Shown piece after piece: positions 36,221-49,544 of a DNA stretch of 64,000 bases. The stretch comes from Octopus vulgaris (taxonomy: Eukaryota): contig OX597824.1 of the NCBI GenBank assembly GCA_951406725.2, positions 87,110,001 to 87,174,000 of the forward strand. The letters are read 5' to 3'. Position 1 is the first letter of the stretch, and each line of letters opens with the position of its first letter. A model generated the notes under the pieces. The model did no database searches. It was not told where the DNA came from and worked only from the letters and a program-made list of their open reading frames with translations. Position numbers and translations under genes: made by a program.

Positions 36221-38247
36221 AGAGAGAGAATAGAGAGACAAGGTAACAATGACACAGAATATTGTCTGGTGTTAGTTTTGTAATCTATGAACACTGATGC
36301 ATTTAATATATTTGCTTTTAACATCTTACAACCAGATTCCTGAAGCATTAATTAATGATTGAAAATATTGATTTGTGTAATATGAGATCAAGAGGTTATA
36401 TAATATATTGGCCAAAATTAGGTTCATATTATTAACACTGACAACTTAATGAGACATTTTGGTGCGGAAGTTACTCAGGTTAATTCAAGAAACAGATGTA
36501 AAAAATTTGGGGTAACAACAGAGAAGCAAGGGTTAATTTAGTAACTGTATGACAGAGGCATGTGAGCAAAGAAGAAGGTCACACCAGTTCTCTTTCACTT
36601 GTTTCAGCCAGTGGACTGTGACGGTTCTGGGGGCACTGCTTGAAAAATTCCAGTTGCAAAGTGAAAAAAAAATCAACCTCAGTACTTAGTTCTTAAGTCT
36701 GGCACTTATTCTATCCATCTCTCTTGGCAAACTGTTAAGTCATAGGCATGTAAACAAACAAACACTGGTTGCTAAGTAGTGGCAGGACAAACACTAAAAT
36801 CTACACACACACACACAAACGTACACACTATACATACATAGTCATTCCAGTATGCAGTGATTGTCTAATTAAGACACATATTTCTTTTCTCTCTCTACAT
36901 GAGCATATGCTTGAAATGTAAAAAACTTTTCTTTCTATTTTTCCTGGGCATAAACCTAATACATTTACATTTTTCACCTTGTTTTTGTGGGGTTATATAT
37001 ATATATATACACCCTTTTTTACTCTTTTACTTGTTTCAGTATATATATATATATATATATAACAATGGGCTTCCTCATAATTTCACCCACACACAATATA
37101 TATATCTTTTATATTTTACTTGTCTCAGTCATTAGACGGTGGCCATGCTGGAGCACTGCCTTGAAGAATTTTTAGTCAAATGAATTGACCCCCCAGTATT
37201 TTTTTTTAAAGCCTGGTACTTATTCTATCAGTTTCTTTTTGCCAAACAGCTAAGTTACAGGGACATAAACACACCAACAGCAGTTGTCAAGAAGTGGTGG
37301 GGGACAAACACAGAACAAAGACACACACACGCACACACATATATATATATACATACATATATAAACATATATATATATACACACACACACATATATACAT
37401 ATACATACATATATATACATACATACATATACATATATACATATATATATATATATGTATGTATATATACACACATACACACACATATATATTTATATCA
37501 AAGATTTTCATCTCTTCTCTATTGTAAAACAAAAACTTCTTGTCAGTGAAATAGAAAGATAGATTAAGATTTACTGGAGAAAACACAAGACTAATATATG
37601 CTACACCCACAAATGTGGCTTTGTAAAGAATCTGGAGCAAATGGACGACTACGTTGACCTGTCTAATTAATCTAAGCCAACAACAAAAGGTATTTCAATG
37701 ACAATAATCACGATAAATTATATGCGTTCACACGCACACATTTATTGTAGAAATTTAGTTACTCCTTCAAGGAAAACTTTGGATAAATAACATTAGAAAT
37801 CTAATCAAAAAAATTTTTTGTTCAAAATTACATTTGTGAACTTATAAACAAAGAGCTGAAAGACTGCATTAAGTTATCCATCTTTTAAGTTTAAGCTAGA
37901 CCCGAAGCAAAACAATCTTTATCCTCTTAAATTAGGACAGGTGCTGTAAAGAGGAGAGTCTGTGTAGTTTCATATATAACAAAGGATTACAATGTCCTGG
38001 ATTCCAGTTATTTGAAGAAAAATAAGTTAATGGCAGACAGGTTCACTGAAATCTCTGTCAGTTGATATACAAGAGTTGAACAGTTGACCAAGTTCAGAAA
38101 GTAAGATGGCTGCCTATGATGCCTTGTAGTAGGACCGAACCCAAAGCCATGCCACACTTTAGTGTGTATGTATTATCTATCTATCTATCTATCTATACAT
38201 ATATATATATATATATCATCATCATTTAATGTCCGATGATGATGATG

Positions 38248-38289
<42 letters not shown>

Positions 38290-38302
38290 TACTTTTACTC
38301 TC

Positions 38303-38503
38303 TCTTTTACTCTTTTACTTGTTTCAGTCATTTGACTGCGACCATGCTGGAGCACCGCCTTTAATCGAGCAACTCGACCCCGGTACTTATTCTTTTGTAA
38401 GCCCAGTATTTATTCTATCGGTCTCTTTTGCCGAATCACTAAGTAACGGGGACATAAACACACCAGCATCGGTTGTCAAGCAATGCTAGGGGGACAAACA
38501 CAG

Positions 38504-38544
<41 letters not shown>

Positions 38545-38707
38545 CAACAGGCTTCTTTCAGTTTCCGTCTACCAAATCCACTCAAGGGTTTGGTCGGCTC
38601 GAGGCTATAGTAGAAGACACTTGCCCAAGGTGCCACGCAGTGGGACTGAACCCGGAACCATGTGGTTGGTAAACAAGCTACTTACCACACAGACACTCCT
38701 ACGCCTA
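38303..38707 (-). mobile_element. Family A SINE inside (TA)n
   Basis: Full-length reverse-complement match. Confidence 0.9.
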
Positions 38708-39496
38708 TATATATATATATATATATATATCATCATCATTTAATGCCCAATGATGATGATGGTGATGACGACAATAACGGCAATGATAAAAGATAAAACA
38801 TGATGATGTACAGCTGTGGTAACATAGGAGTGTTGTCTTCGGTCAGATAATATTCTGTTGTCTGTTTTAAAGCTGTGCTCACAAATTCCGCTTTCACCAT
38901 TCCCGGAACTAAAGAACATGCTTACAATCAACAATTTTGACAATTGCTCATGGTCTGTTCATTGTACACAAAGAATACTGTCTCTGAAAATATACCTAAT
39001 TAGCTTGTTTGTTTCAGCCATCATGGCCAAGGCCATATGAAAGAGGCACCGCCGTCAATTAGATCAATGTTTGTTTTGTTTTTTTTAGAAAGGACAAAAT
39101 AGAGTAAACAAATATTTAATAACATTTGGTCAGTGTGCTTTTAAAACAGCATGCCTACAAGAGATGTTATATCATGATGAATACTAGAGTAATTGGCCTA
39201 TTAATGACTTATACATTAAGTATGATACGTATATGGCTATTTCAATACAGCCTCAGTTGCATATACTGGATTTTTATTCAGCCAGACAGCTATTTGCAAC
39301 ATCAGTGAATGTTTTATTCACGGTTTCTGATGTGGAGATAGATATTCATCCAAGCTATTTTGGCAGCTGCAAGTACAAGTCATTGAAAAAGCTGAGATGC
39401 ATCTCGCTGCTGAGATGATTTTAAAAAAAATTTTGTCTCCTTTCAATATTTATTCTATTTTTAACTTAGCAAGTCCATAGATGTTATCCCATGACA

Positions 39497-39785
39497 GGAG
39501 AGCACTCCGTCGGTTACGACGACGAGGGTCCCAGCTGATACGATCAACGGAACAGTGGCTGAGCACTCCGCAGACACGTGTACCCTTAACGTAGTTCTCG
39601 GAGAGATTCAGCGTGATACAGTGTGTGACAAAGCTGGCCCTTTTAAGTACAGGTACAACTCATTTTTGCCAGCTGAGTGGACTGGAGCAACGTGAAATAA
39701 AATGTCTTGCTCGAGGACACAACGTGCCGTCGGGAATTGAACTCACGACCTTACGATCATGAGCCGAATGCCCCTAACCACTAAG
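39497..39785 (-). mobile_element. Family C CORE-type SINE, tail type 1
   Basis: Matches 1-248; flanked by a CCATGACA direct repeat. Confidence 0.85.
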
Positions 39786-39939
39786 CCATGACAAATACCG
39801 CAATAACTGACCTATCAACGTTGGGTATATCTTATGAATGAGATACACTTATGGCTGTTTAATTTAACCCTTTGTCTGTCATGTGTCTCTCTTGTGTGAG
39901 GCAGAGGACATGTTTCCTTGGTGTCCATGCTTTATAACC

Positions 39940-40335
39940 TCTTTTCACTCTTTTACTTGTTTTAGTCATTTGACTGCGGCCATGCTGGAGCACCGCCTTT
40001 AGTCGAGCAAATCGACCCCGGGACTTATTCTTTGTAAGCCCAGTACTTATTCTATCGGTCTCTTTTGCCGAACCGCTAAGTGACGGGGACGTAAACACAC
40101 CAGCATCGGTTGTCAAGCAATGCTAGGGGGACAAACACAGACACACAAACACACTTATATATATATATACACGATAGGCTTCTTTCAGTTTCCGTCTACC
40201 AAATCCACTCACAAGGCATTGGTCGGCCCGAGGCTATAGCAGAAGACACTTGCCCAAGATGCCATGCAGTGGGACTGAACCCAGAACCATGTGGCTGGTT
40301 AGCAAGCTACTTACCACACAGCCACTCCTGCGCCT
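39940..40335 (-). mobile_element. Family A SINE, young (CpG intact)
   Basis: Full-length reverse-complement match. Confidence 0.9.
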
Positions 40336-40668
40336 ATCATACATATTCCAAATTTTTTTTCAGCCATTACAATAATTGGAACTTTGGAAAGCTTTATATT
40401 ACTTAGAACATATAACAATGGGGCTAACTAAAAATCTGAAGACAAACCACGGACGTTTAAGACACTTTTGAAAAATGCCTTGAACAGGAAAAGGATTAAA
40501 ACTGCCTCATTGCGTATATACGAGATTTAAATTTTTATATTCTAACGCTTAATGAATGATCCTGTTGATATGCATGTGGCTATCAGACAATGTGTTTCGT
40601 TCAAGATGACACCATGGGTTTTAAAATAAAAATTACACTTTAGAAAGATGCTAATATACATACATATA

Positions 40669-40902
40669 TTGGGTTGGTGCATAATTATTGCGGCCTTTTT
40701 TCAACAAATTTTATCAAACGAAATCAATAATAACAATATTTAACAAAAACATCTTTAAATGATTATTCCGGAGCATATTCACCATCTACTTCAATTACTG
40801 CTTCCCATTTGCTTGGCAGACGGTCAGACCATCATTCAAAACTGTTTTTGTTAAATATTGTTATTGTTGAAAAAATGCTGCAATAATTATGCACCAACTC
40901 AT
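40669..40902 (-). mobile_element. Mariner deletion derivative retaining the transposase C-terminus
   Basis: TA|TTGGGTTGGTGCATAATTATTGC TIR and its inverse; minus strand 40825-40763 encodes DRLPSKWEAVIEVDGEYAPE* (mariner LP.RW..V....G.Y). Confidence 0.9.
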
Positions 40903-41626
40903 GATATATATATATATATATGTGTGTATGTATATATTACGGAGATGTACTTGCATAGCAAGTGACCTGATCTGAGACCGTGCGCTGGAACGAAAACAAT
41001 TGCAGCGTGGAATTTTGTCAGTGAACAGGTCGCCGTCTCAAAGCAACGACGAAAATATTTTGGCAATTAAATTTAAATGTGTGTGTATATATATATATAG
41101 CGGTTATTGAAAGTGAACGGCCACAAGTTTGATATTTGCCTTACTTTTGAAGGCTATTTGCTAATGTCCCATTAGACTGACAAATTAGCAAGCAATTACA
41201 AACACTATATATTATAGCAATGCTCGCACACTGGCAAGTATTTTAACGTATGTACATCTTAATTTCATGTTTCATATACAAGACATGTATAGAAGCGAAC
41301 ACAAATATGTCACTGTCATTCATTCATTCATACAGACAGGCGCACACACTGGCTTGTTAGTGGAGAGTGAATTTTAGCTGATTATGGAATGTAAAAGGAA
41401 GAATGCAAGAGATGTAGACGGCATGTAGAAGTAATAATAACTAAGCTAGACTGTAAAAAAGGAAACAAGAAGAAAAATAAAAGGAGAGGAACGTCTGTCA
41501 CATAGACGTCCTAGACAGACATATAAAAGCATCCAACATAATTACAACAAAAGAATCAGTGAAAGGCAACAAGAAGCTACAAAGAAACTATAAAATACAA
41601 ATAAGACATACATGCATCGATACAAG

Positions 41627-41690
<64 letters not shown>

Positions 41691-42129
41691 TGAGACATTC
41701 TGAGCGAAAGAAAAGAAAGTACAAAGAGAAGTATGTCAACTACCTAACGTTGCAATCCGAAAGTTAATTTCCTATAACTTACGTTTGTTTGTTGTAAAGT
41801 GATAAAATGATGACGGAACTGGATGTTTTTAAATCATCCAACACCTTTACTGTTGTTGTTGTAGGTTCGAACCCAACTGAAGTCAGCAGTGCTTTTTTAT
41901 ACCCACGGATTCGTTTAAATTAAGTATCAATTATAATTAATAAGTACTTCTACTATAAGGACAAGGCCTGAAATTTTGTAAGGGTGGGGTGTAAGTCGAT
42001 AACATCGTTCCCAATGTTCAACTGATAATTTCTTTTGTAGACCCCAAAAGGAAAGTCGACCACGGCGGAATTTGAACTCAGAACGTGAATAGGGGGGGGG
42101 GGAATACCGTCAGGCGTGCTAACGATTAT

Positions 42130-43095
42130 TATTTCTTTATTGCCCACAAGGGACTAAACATAGAGGGGACAAACTAGGACAGACAAATGGATTAAGTCGA
42201 TTACATCGACCCCAGTGCGTAACTGGTACTTTATTTATCGACCCCGAAAGGATGAAAGGCAAAATCGACCTTCACGGAATTTGAACTTAGAACGTAATGG
42301 CAGACGAAATACCTATTTCTTTACTGCCCACAAGGGGCTAAACATAGAGGGACAAAAACAAGGACAAAGGGATTAAGTTGATTACATCGACCCCAGTGCG
42401 TAACTGGTACTTATTTAATCGATCCCGAAAGGATGAAAGGCAAAGTTGACCTCAGCGGAATTTGAACTCAGAACGTAGCGGCTGATGAAAGACCTATTTC
42501 TTTACTACCCACAAGGGGCTAAACATAGAGAGGACAAACAAGGACAGACAAAGGGATTAAGTCGATTACATCGACCCCAGTGCGTAACTGGTACTTATTT
42601 AATCGACCCCGAAAGGATGAAAGGCAAAGTCGACCTCGGCGGAATTTGAACTCAGAACGTGCGGCTGATGAAATATCTATTTCTTTACTACCCACAAGGG
42701 GCTAAACATAGAGAGGACAAACAAGGACAGACAAAGGGATTAAGTCGATTACATCGACCCCAGTGCGTAACTGGTACTTATTTAATCGACCCCGAAAGGA
42801 TGAAAGGCAAAGTCGACCTCGGCGGAATTTGAACTCAGAACGTGCGGCTGATGAAATATCTATTTCTTTACTACCCACAAGGGGCTAAACATAGAGAGGA
42901 CAAACAAGGACAGACAAAGGGATTAAGTCGATTACATCGACCCCAGTGCGTAACTGGTACTTATTTAATCGACCCCGAAAGGATGAAAGGCAAAGTCGAC
43001 CTCGGCAGAATTTGAACTCAGAACGTAGAGGCAGACGAAATACACCGATAAGCATTTCGTCCGGTGTGCTAACGTTTCTGCCAGCTAGTTGCCCC
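42130..43095 (-). mobile_element. Family B pentamer: one head plus five tandem 181-184-bp bodies
   Basis: Units start (plus strand) at 42130, 42314, 42495, 42678, 42861; units 3 and 4 read as identical; flanked by older B copies (41945-42125, 43110-43325). Confidence 0.95.
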
Positions 43096-43408
43096 ATTAA
43101 TAATAATTCTTTCTATTACAGGCAATAAGGGCTGAAATTTTGGCAGGTAGGGAGTTAGTCGATTACAACGATCTCAGTGCTCAACAGGCTTTTACATCAT
43201 CGGCCCCGAAAACATGAAATGCAATGTCGATCTCGACGGCATTTTAACTCAAAACGCAAAGGCGGAAGAAATACTGTTTTTTTTTCGCCCGGCCTACTTA
43301 AAGACTCTACCAGTTCGTTGCCTTATTTAATATTAATAATTTTAATTCAATCAACTGCGTCTTTTCTCTTCAAAAGTTTGGGTTTGTAATTAATCAGGCA
43401 AGCCATCA

Positions 43409-43772
43409 TCTCTCTCTATATAAACGGCAGTTTATCTGTCTGTGTGGCTGTCAGGTTGTACCCTCACCCTGACCACGGCTTTCAACCGATTCTGATGAAA
43501 CTTGACACACACATAACCTAATGTCATAATTCAAAACTAACGCAGCGAAAATTTTGAAAAGTTCCCCCAGTTCTGAAAAAAATCGATAAATTCGACATGG
43601 GGTCGAGAATCAGAAACACAAACCACAGACTGTCTAGGGGACGCAACTCGACCTTTTTAACTTTTACCATAATTTCCCCCCATTTTTTTGCTATTTTTTG
43701 GCTATAACTCTCTAAAAATGTTTTATAGTTATTTCCCTTACAAATCCGAGCAACGCCGGGCGATACTGCTAG
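43409..43772 (+). mobile_element. Non-autonomous Helitron
   Basis: Inserted A|TC...CTAG|T; subterminal GC hairpin CCGAGCAACGCCGG. Confidence 0.8.
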
Positions 43773-44434
43773 TAATTATTAAACCATCGAACGAATAGCC
43801 CGAGGCATTTATTCCAGTCACAGACACAATCTCAACTAATAAATTTCGACGGAGGAAAAACAAAAAGTGAAACGAAAAAAAAAACGCAATAAAAACAACA
43901 AAAACTTAGACTATTTTTGGTTGAAACTTTTAAATTTAGCTTTGATTAAAATACGACATTGTTTGAGTAGCCTTCTCAGTTGCAAGGTCTGAAAATCAAA
44001 TTCCCACTTGGTTGTGTTGTAGAGATATACGAAGAAGATGATGGCTCCACAAAGATGAGATACGCCTAAAACGTCTGCTACGCGTACTTAGCTGGTGAGA
44101 AAACAAATAACTGAAGACTTTTTATCTTACAAAATACGTATTTTAAGAAGTCTGGCCTTGTTGCTATCATACGGTGAACGTTTCGATTCCTGGATCGCAC
44201 AGCACTTTTTTCTTTCTTTTCTGGTGGTGCTGCAGCATGGCCACAACCTTTGGGCTGAATAATGGATTAATTATACCTAAGTTTTATTTGTGAAATACAG
44301 TTGTTTTGAATTTATTGCAGAAAGTGGTTCTGTGTTTTTGGAGGCGGTGATGGAGAACTAGGAATATGGCCTGCGTGCCAAGGGGACAGCAGCCCCTAAA
44401 AGTTTGGGAACCACTGCTTTAGGGTTAAATTATT

Positions 44435-44596
44435 TCTAAAATCTGCCGGTCAAACCGAAAAGATCCCAGAATTTTCTCAATAAAGCCAAGAAAAAAAGAT
44501 GTTTTAAAAACACATTCTACCAGTATACGAAGTTTAAAATTTTTTAGTTACATAGAAAATATTTTAAAAATCTGCCGGTCAAACCGAAAAGATCCT
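44435..44596 (-). mobile_element. Family G MITE fragment with duplicated TIR
   Basis: CTGCCGGTCAAACCGAAAAGATCC occurs twice; between them is the reverse complement of the G left end. Confidence 0.75.
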
Positions 44597-44900
44597 TATA
44601 TTCCGGTAAAGGGAAATTTATCTTATTAGGAAACCTCTAATGACAATCTTCCCTAAACACACGATTGTGTAAGGCAGCGTTTCCCCAAAGCAGAGCATGA
44701 CGTAATTTTTTGAGTTATCAGTTACTTCAGAATGAGGTGTAACAAATGAATAATTAGATTTGCAATAGTGTTAATTAAGCTGCTTATGTGTGTGTGTGTG
44801 TGTGTGTACGTGTACAGTCATAATGCATTAAAGAATATTCTGCGTTTGTATCGAGCCCTGTAATTAATCACTTCTGGTGAACCAATAAAGATTTACATTT

Positions 44901-45133
44901 CGTTTTTGGATTTGGTTTGCAAGATTCTTCATATGAGTTCGTGTGTTGAAGCATATTCTGTTGTTTCTGGGGAGAGCCATTTTCTTTTTGTGCCTTATAA
45001 TGTAACACACTCACTGGTAAAATTTCCACTTATTTTAGGAAAATAAAAATAAGAAATAAGTGGAAATTTTACCGGCGAGTGTGTTACATTATAAGACACA
45101 AAAAGAAAATGACTCTCCCCAGACACAACAGAA
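44901..45133. repeat. Asymmetric foldback element (~80-bp arms)
   Basis: 44956-45035 pairs with 45054-45133; the unpaired extension TTTGGTTTGCAAGATTCTT also occurs inverted at ~24640-24670 and ~26485-26515. Confidence 0.9.
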
Positions 45134-45247
45134 CAGAGGTTTATATATCTTTCTAATAGGGTTTAGTCCCACAGCATGTCACTTTGGGTAAGTGGATTCG
45201 GTTGACGGAAACTGAAAGGAAGCCCGTTGTATGCGTAATTGTTTAGA

Positions 45248-45437
45248 TCATGCACAGGCAACCTGCGACCCTCGACGAATTTCTAGGTTACTAATTTCAT
45301 TCTAAGACAAATAAAATTAAGAAGAACTGCAAAAATTCAGTGTAAAGTGGGCAAGTAATATTTCATGCATGCGGCCCTCTCCCAATTGGAAACGGTACGA
45401 TGCGGCCCCCAGTTGACGAAAAGTTGCCCATTCCTTG
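45248..45437. mobile_element. hAT-type MITE, degenerate
   Basis: GGCAAC...GTTGCCCA ends and ATGCGGCCC repeats as in 27040-27569. Confidence 0.55.
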
Positions 45438-46587
45438 TTTAGATGTTTGCGTGTCCTTGTCTTGACATCGTGTGACAAAACGATAAAACAATTGTCACCG
45501 TCGTACAAGCAGTGTCGTTCATGTCTAGCCAAGGGGAAATATTACCTTGTTTGGAAACGGGTGAGGGCTGGCGACTGGAAGGGCATCCGACCGTAGAAAA
45601 TCTGTCACAATAAAATCCGTCTCACCCATGTAGAAATGGAAAAATGGACGTTAAAACGATGATACGTGTGCTTTATATTTTGATAAACAGCATACATTTT
45701 AGAAAAATCGAAGTGGGTCACTGGACAAAAAAGACTGAGAAATATTAATGTAAGATCCTCTTCCTTTTAACCTAATCATCCTATTCATTCGAACTTCCTA
45801 GTTATGTCCAGCTTGCTTACTCTCTGCATTTATTGTTTCTCTCCAACCCACAAACAATATGAATAAATGAAAACCAACTTAGAATGACACCCCTTTAACA
45901 GCACGAGCCAATGAAGGGAGTCTGCCTGTAGTCGCTCGACTTGCTAGAAATATCAGCCAAACCTTTCTCATACGCCATCCATTTCAGCTCCTGTGTATTC
46001 CCGCCATTTGGAAGTCTTGAGTTAACCTCTTCTCTTGAACATGCAAGTTACTCGGGCAATATGAGAAACCCTGTTCCCTTTTGAGGATATAAGAAATTGT
46101 AAGGGGGTTATAAGTAATCTAAACAATAAATAAAGCTATAAAACAATCCTGCAGGTATTAGTTAAAGCGGAAAAATGTTCAAATATTAGGTGAGAGTCAG
46201 GGACAGAGATGGCGGAATTAGCTATTTCTGAACGATATTGTCATCAACGAAACTTCAGGTTAACATCTATTTCGCTGAACTTGAAAACATTCATATAAAA
46301 AAAGATCCCGAAGACAATGAGGCCCTGAACTGTGATAGGGGACGATTTTTGGATAGAGCAGAGTACTCGTGGTTAATAATAAGGAATAGAAATTAGGAAG
46401 AAAAAAAAACACCTACCAACGTGAGAAATCTGTTGAGTGAGCGAGAATACATCCATTTGTTGAGATTCTAGAACTTATAAACACTAACAATAAGCTTCAA
46501 GGTATTAGCCGTCACATAATTCTCATTAAAGGATTAACGCAAATAAGCGCGCGCGCGCGTGATTTATTCTCGTTTAAAACAGATCTG

Positions 46588-46588
<1 letters not shown>

Positions 46589-46624
<36 letters not shown>

Positions 46625-46685
46625 AATGATGATGATGATAACGATGATGATGATAACGATGATGATGATAATGATGATGATGATA

Positions 46686-46729
<44 letters not shown>

Positions 46730-46870
46730 AACGATGATGATGATGATAACGATGATGACGATAACGATGATGACGATAACGATGATGATGATAATGATGA
46801 TGATGATAACGATGATAATGATAATGATGATGATAATGATGATGATGATGATGATGATAATAATAGTAAT
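46589..46870. repeat. (GAT)n trinucleotide repeat with higher-order AAC/AAT periodicity
   Basis: Direct inspection. Confidence 0.95.
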
Positions 46871-47399
46871 AGTGAAATTAAGTAGGTGGCTGACTCTGTG
46901 ATCAAACACCGAAATGATATTTAAAGGTTTGCCTGTATGATGGTTGTTGCCAATCTATACCGATTTAAAACAGCTAAAGCTGATAAATACCAGTTTTCAT
47001 TATCCGTTAGTTGTTTGCTCATCCTATCCCGTGTTGCTCGTTATTTTTTTCCTACAGATGCTGACACAAAACAAGGATAGATGAAAACATCCGAGACATC
47101 CATCCACCCACACAGTCAATGTAATGCTGATTGCTTTTTCGAAACAGAAAAAAAAAAAAAATACGGGGAACACGAAAAGATACTGAGACAGATTAACCAA
47201 AATACATCGACGAGAATCATTGTCAGGGAAACAAACAATAGCGAAGCGTAAATGATTTTTATGCTTTTATAAGTTTGTTCAATTGGAGAAAATGTAGGAA
47301 ATATATAAGTGAGCTCACATCGAAAATAAAAATAATGAATAAATTCTAGAGAACAAAACGTTAGTAGTTCCAATCATTTTGATATCACGATGCTTTGGA

Positions 47400-47775
47400 G
47401 ATAGCTTGCTAACCAACCACATGGTTCCGGGTTCAGTCCCACTGCGTGGCATCTTGAGTAAGTGTCTTCTGCTACAGCCCCGGGCTGACCAATGCCTTGT
47501 GAGTGGATTTGGTAGACGGAAACTGAAAGAAGCCTGTCGTATATATGTATATATATGTATATGTGTGTGTTTGTGTGTCTGTGTTTGTCCCCCCAATATC
47601 GCTTGACAACCGATGCTGGTGTGTTTACGTCCCCGTCACTTAGCGGTTCGGCAAAAGAGACCAATAGAATAAGTACTGGGCTTACAAAGAATAAGTCCCG
47701 GGGTCGATTTGCTCGACTAAAGGCAGTGCTCCAGCATGGCCGCAGTCAAATGACTGAAACAAGTAAAAGAGTAGA
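47400..47775 (+). mobile_element. Family A SINE, 5'-truncated and young
   Basis: Very similar to the inverted copy at 39940-40335. Confidence 0.9.
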
Positions 47776-47847
47776 GTAATAATAAAAGTTACGGGTACAC
47801 TTCATATAACCATTGTTTTAACGTTCACTTTTCCACGTACCAAATGA

Positions 47848-48256
47848 GGATCTTTTCGGTTTGAACGGCAGTTTTTAAAAATAATTTCTAGCTAACTAAA
47901 CACTTTTAAACTTCGTATACTGGTAGAATGTGTTTATAAAACATATTTTTCTCTTGGCTTTATTGACAAAATTCTATAGTTTGTAAGATATTTGTTGTTT
48001 TTTTCTTCTTCAATTTCTACAATTTCAACCAATCAGTGACGTCTATTGAGGTGAAAAACATTCTGTGCCGTTTGAATATGTCCCTCGTTTAAGAAACAGA
48101 TTGGGTTTATTTACATTTGTGAAGAAAAAAAAATACCCCTAACCCTAACCCTAAAACAGATTGAAATGCAAATAGATCGATACTAGGGTCATAATTATGG
48201 GTGACAATTTCATATGACACCGCTAGAAAAAACTGCCGTTCAAACCGAAAAGATCC
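47848..48256. mobile_element. Family G MITE (Merlin-like)
   Basis: TIR GGATCTTTTCGGTTTGAACGGCAGTTTTT at both ends; perfect 8-bp TSD CCAAATGA; internal (CCCTAA)3. Confidence 0.9.
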
Positions 48257-48966
48257 CCAAATGAAGTTTATTGAGGTACATTTCCATGGAAATGCATGGC
48301 ATTCATTTACAACAATCACACGTAAAGACACATACACACACACACACAACGGGCTCCTTTCAATTTCCTTCTGGCAAATCCATTGACACGGTTTTGGTCG
48401 GCCCAGGGCTATAGCAAAAGGCATATATATGTCTAAGGTGTCACGCGATGGAATTGAAACCGAAACCATGTGATTTGGGAAGCAAACTTTCTAACCACAC
48501 CCACGCCTGTGCCTATAATGGTAGAGTTTAATTAAGCCATCTCAACTACTCCTAATTATTCTGTTAATTATACTAGTATGTTAATAAAATTACGAACAAC
48601 ACGTTTTGTTTCGTGCGCTCAAGCTTTAGTAGGAATTTTCTAAAAGTAATTATATTTTTTAAGATCTGTAGGGCACCGCATTTCAGACTCACTAGTATGA
48701 GTTACTTAAGCAAAACTTCCTGTTCTATCAATGTCAGAGAAAAAACTGAAAGACAAAGTTGATTCCGACGAAATTTAAACCGATGCAGTGAGCAAAAACG
48801 ATTTCAATCCGACGGCATCCCCGTGGAGTTCTTTGTTTTCTTTTCCTTTTTACAAAAGCATACAGTAAATTAATCTTTCACCAGAATCTGTAGGACCTGG
48901 TACAAGGGTGTAAAATCTCTTTTGTGTTATAGAACTGGGGTTGATCTCACACACACACATACACAG

Positions 48967-49333
48967 AGGGCCGGCTCAGAGTACTGCAACTTGAGCTGTC
49001 GCTTGGGGCGTCCACGTAGTGTTTGGGGGTAAAAAGGGAAAAATAATAAAATGAGACAAAAATATTATGAATGTTGTTTGTGATTCGTTACGTCTGCAGA
49101 GAGATCAACGATACCCTTCGGATTTTCTTTCACCCACACAACTGCCTGTCAGATCATTGCCAGATAGGCTCTCTCTCTCTCTCCAATGTGTGTGTCTGTG
49201 TCTGTGTGCGATTTACAAGAAAAATTTTCTTCGTTTAGTTTTCCCTTCTCTGCCACTGAAATTTAAAACAAAATATTCGAAGGGCGCTGAAATTCGGTTA
49301 GCCCGAGGAACCAGCAAACTAAAGGGCCCGCCT
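48967..49333. mobile_element. Possible hAT-type non-autonomous element
   Basis: AGGGCCGGC ... GGCCCGCCT decayed TIRs and GGGCG subterminal motifs; inserted in (CA)n. Confidence 0.4.
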
Positions 49334-49544
49334 CACACACACATACATACACTTACATTAAAAAGTTGTCAGCGACATCGAAGTTTCAAAATAGCCAGGT
49401 TTGAATAGCGATAATTTGAAGAACCAATATTGACGAAACTCCGAGTCACTAACATATCGATTTTTTTGTCTTTATTCAGCAAATACATATTTTACTTTTA
49501 AGAAATCTGTATTAATACACACACGTGCGCGTATGTTTGTGTAT

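Noticed and set aside
38926-38983. 58-bp minus-strand segment with TTTTCAG acceptor and GTAAGC donor
   Set aside because: All three frames contain stops. It could be a UTR exon but cannot be supported without transcripts.
42130-43095. Array as CRISPR, or CTGATGA at 42482/42665/42848 as a hammerhead
   Set aside because: Units are contiguous SINE bodies with no unique spacers and no cas genes. CTGATGA is a mutated CAGACGA and is not followed by a stem II plus GAAA.
46209-46298. Plus-strand ATGGCGG-initiated 29-codon ORF
   Set aside because: Short, no good donor and no recognisable homology.
46559-46909. Poly-Asp/Met/Ser/Ile ORFs
   Set aside because: Translations of a (GAT)n microsatellite; no splice signals.
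48137-48154. (CCCTAA)3 as a telomere or chromosome-fusion scar
   Set aside because: Internal part of the family G MITE, also present in the other copy.
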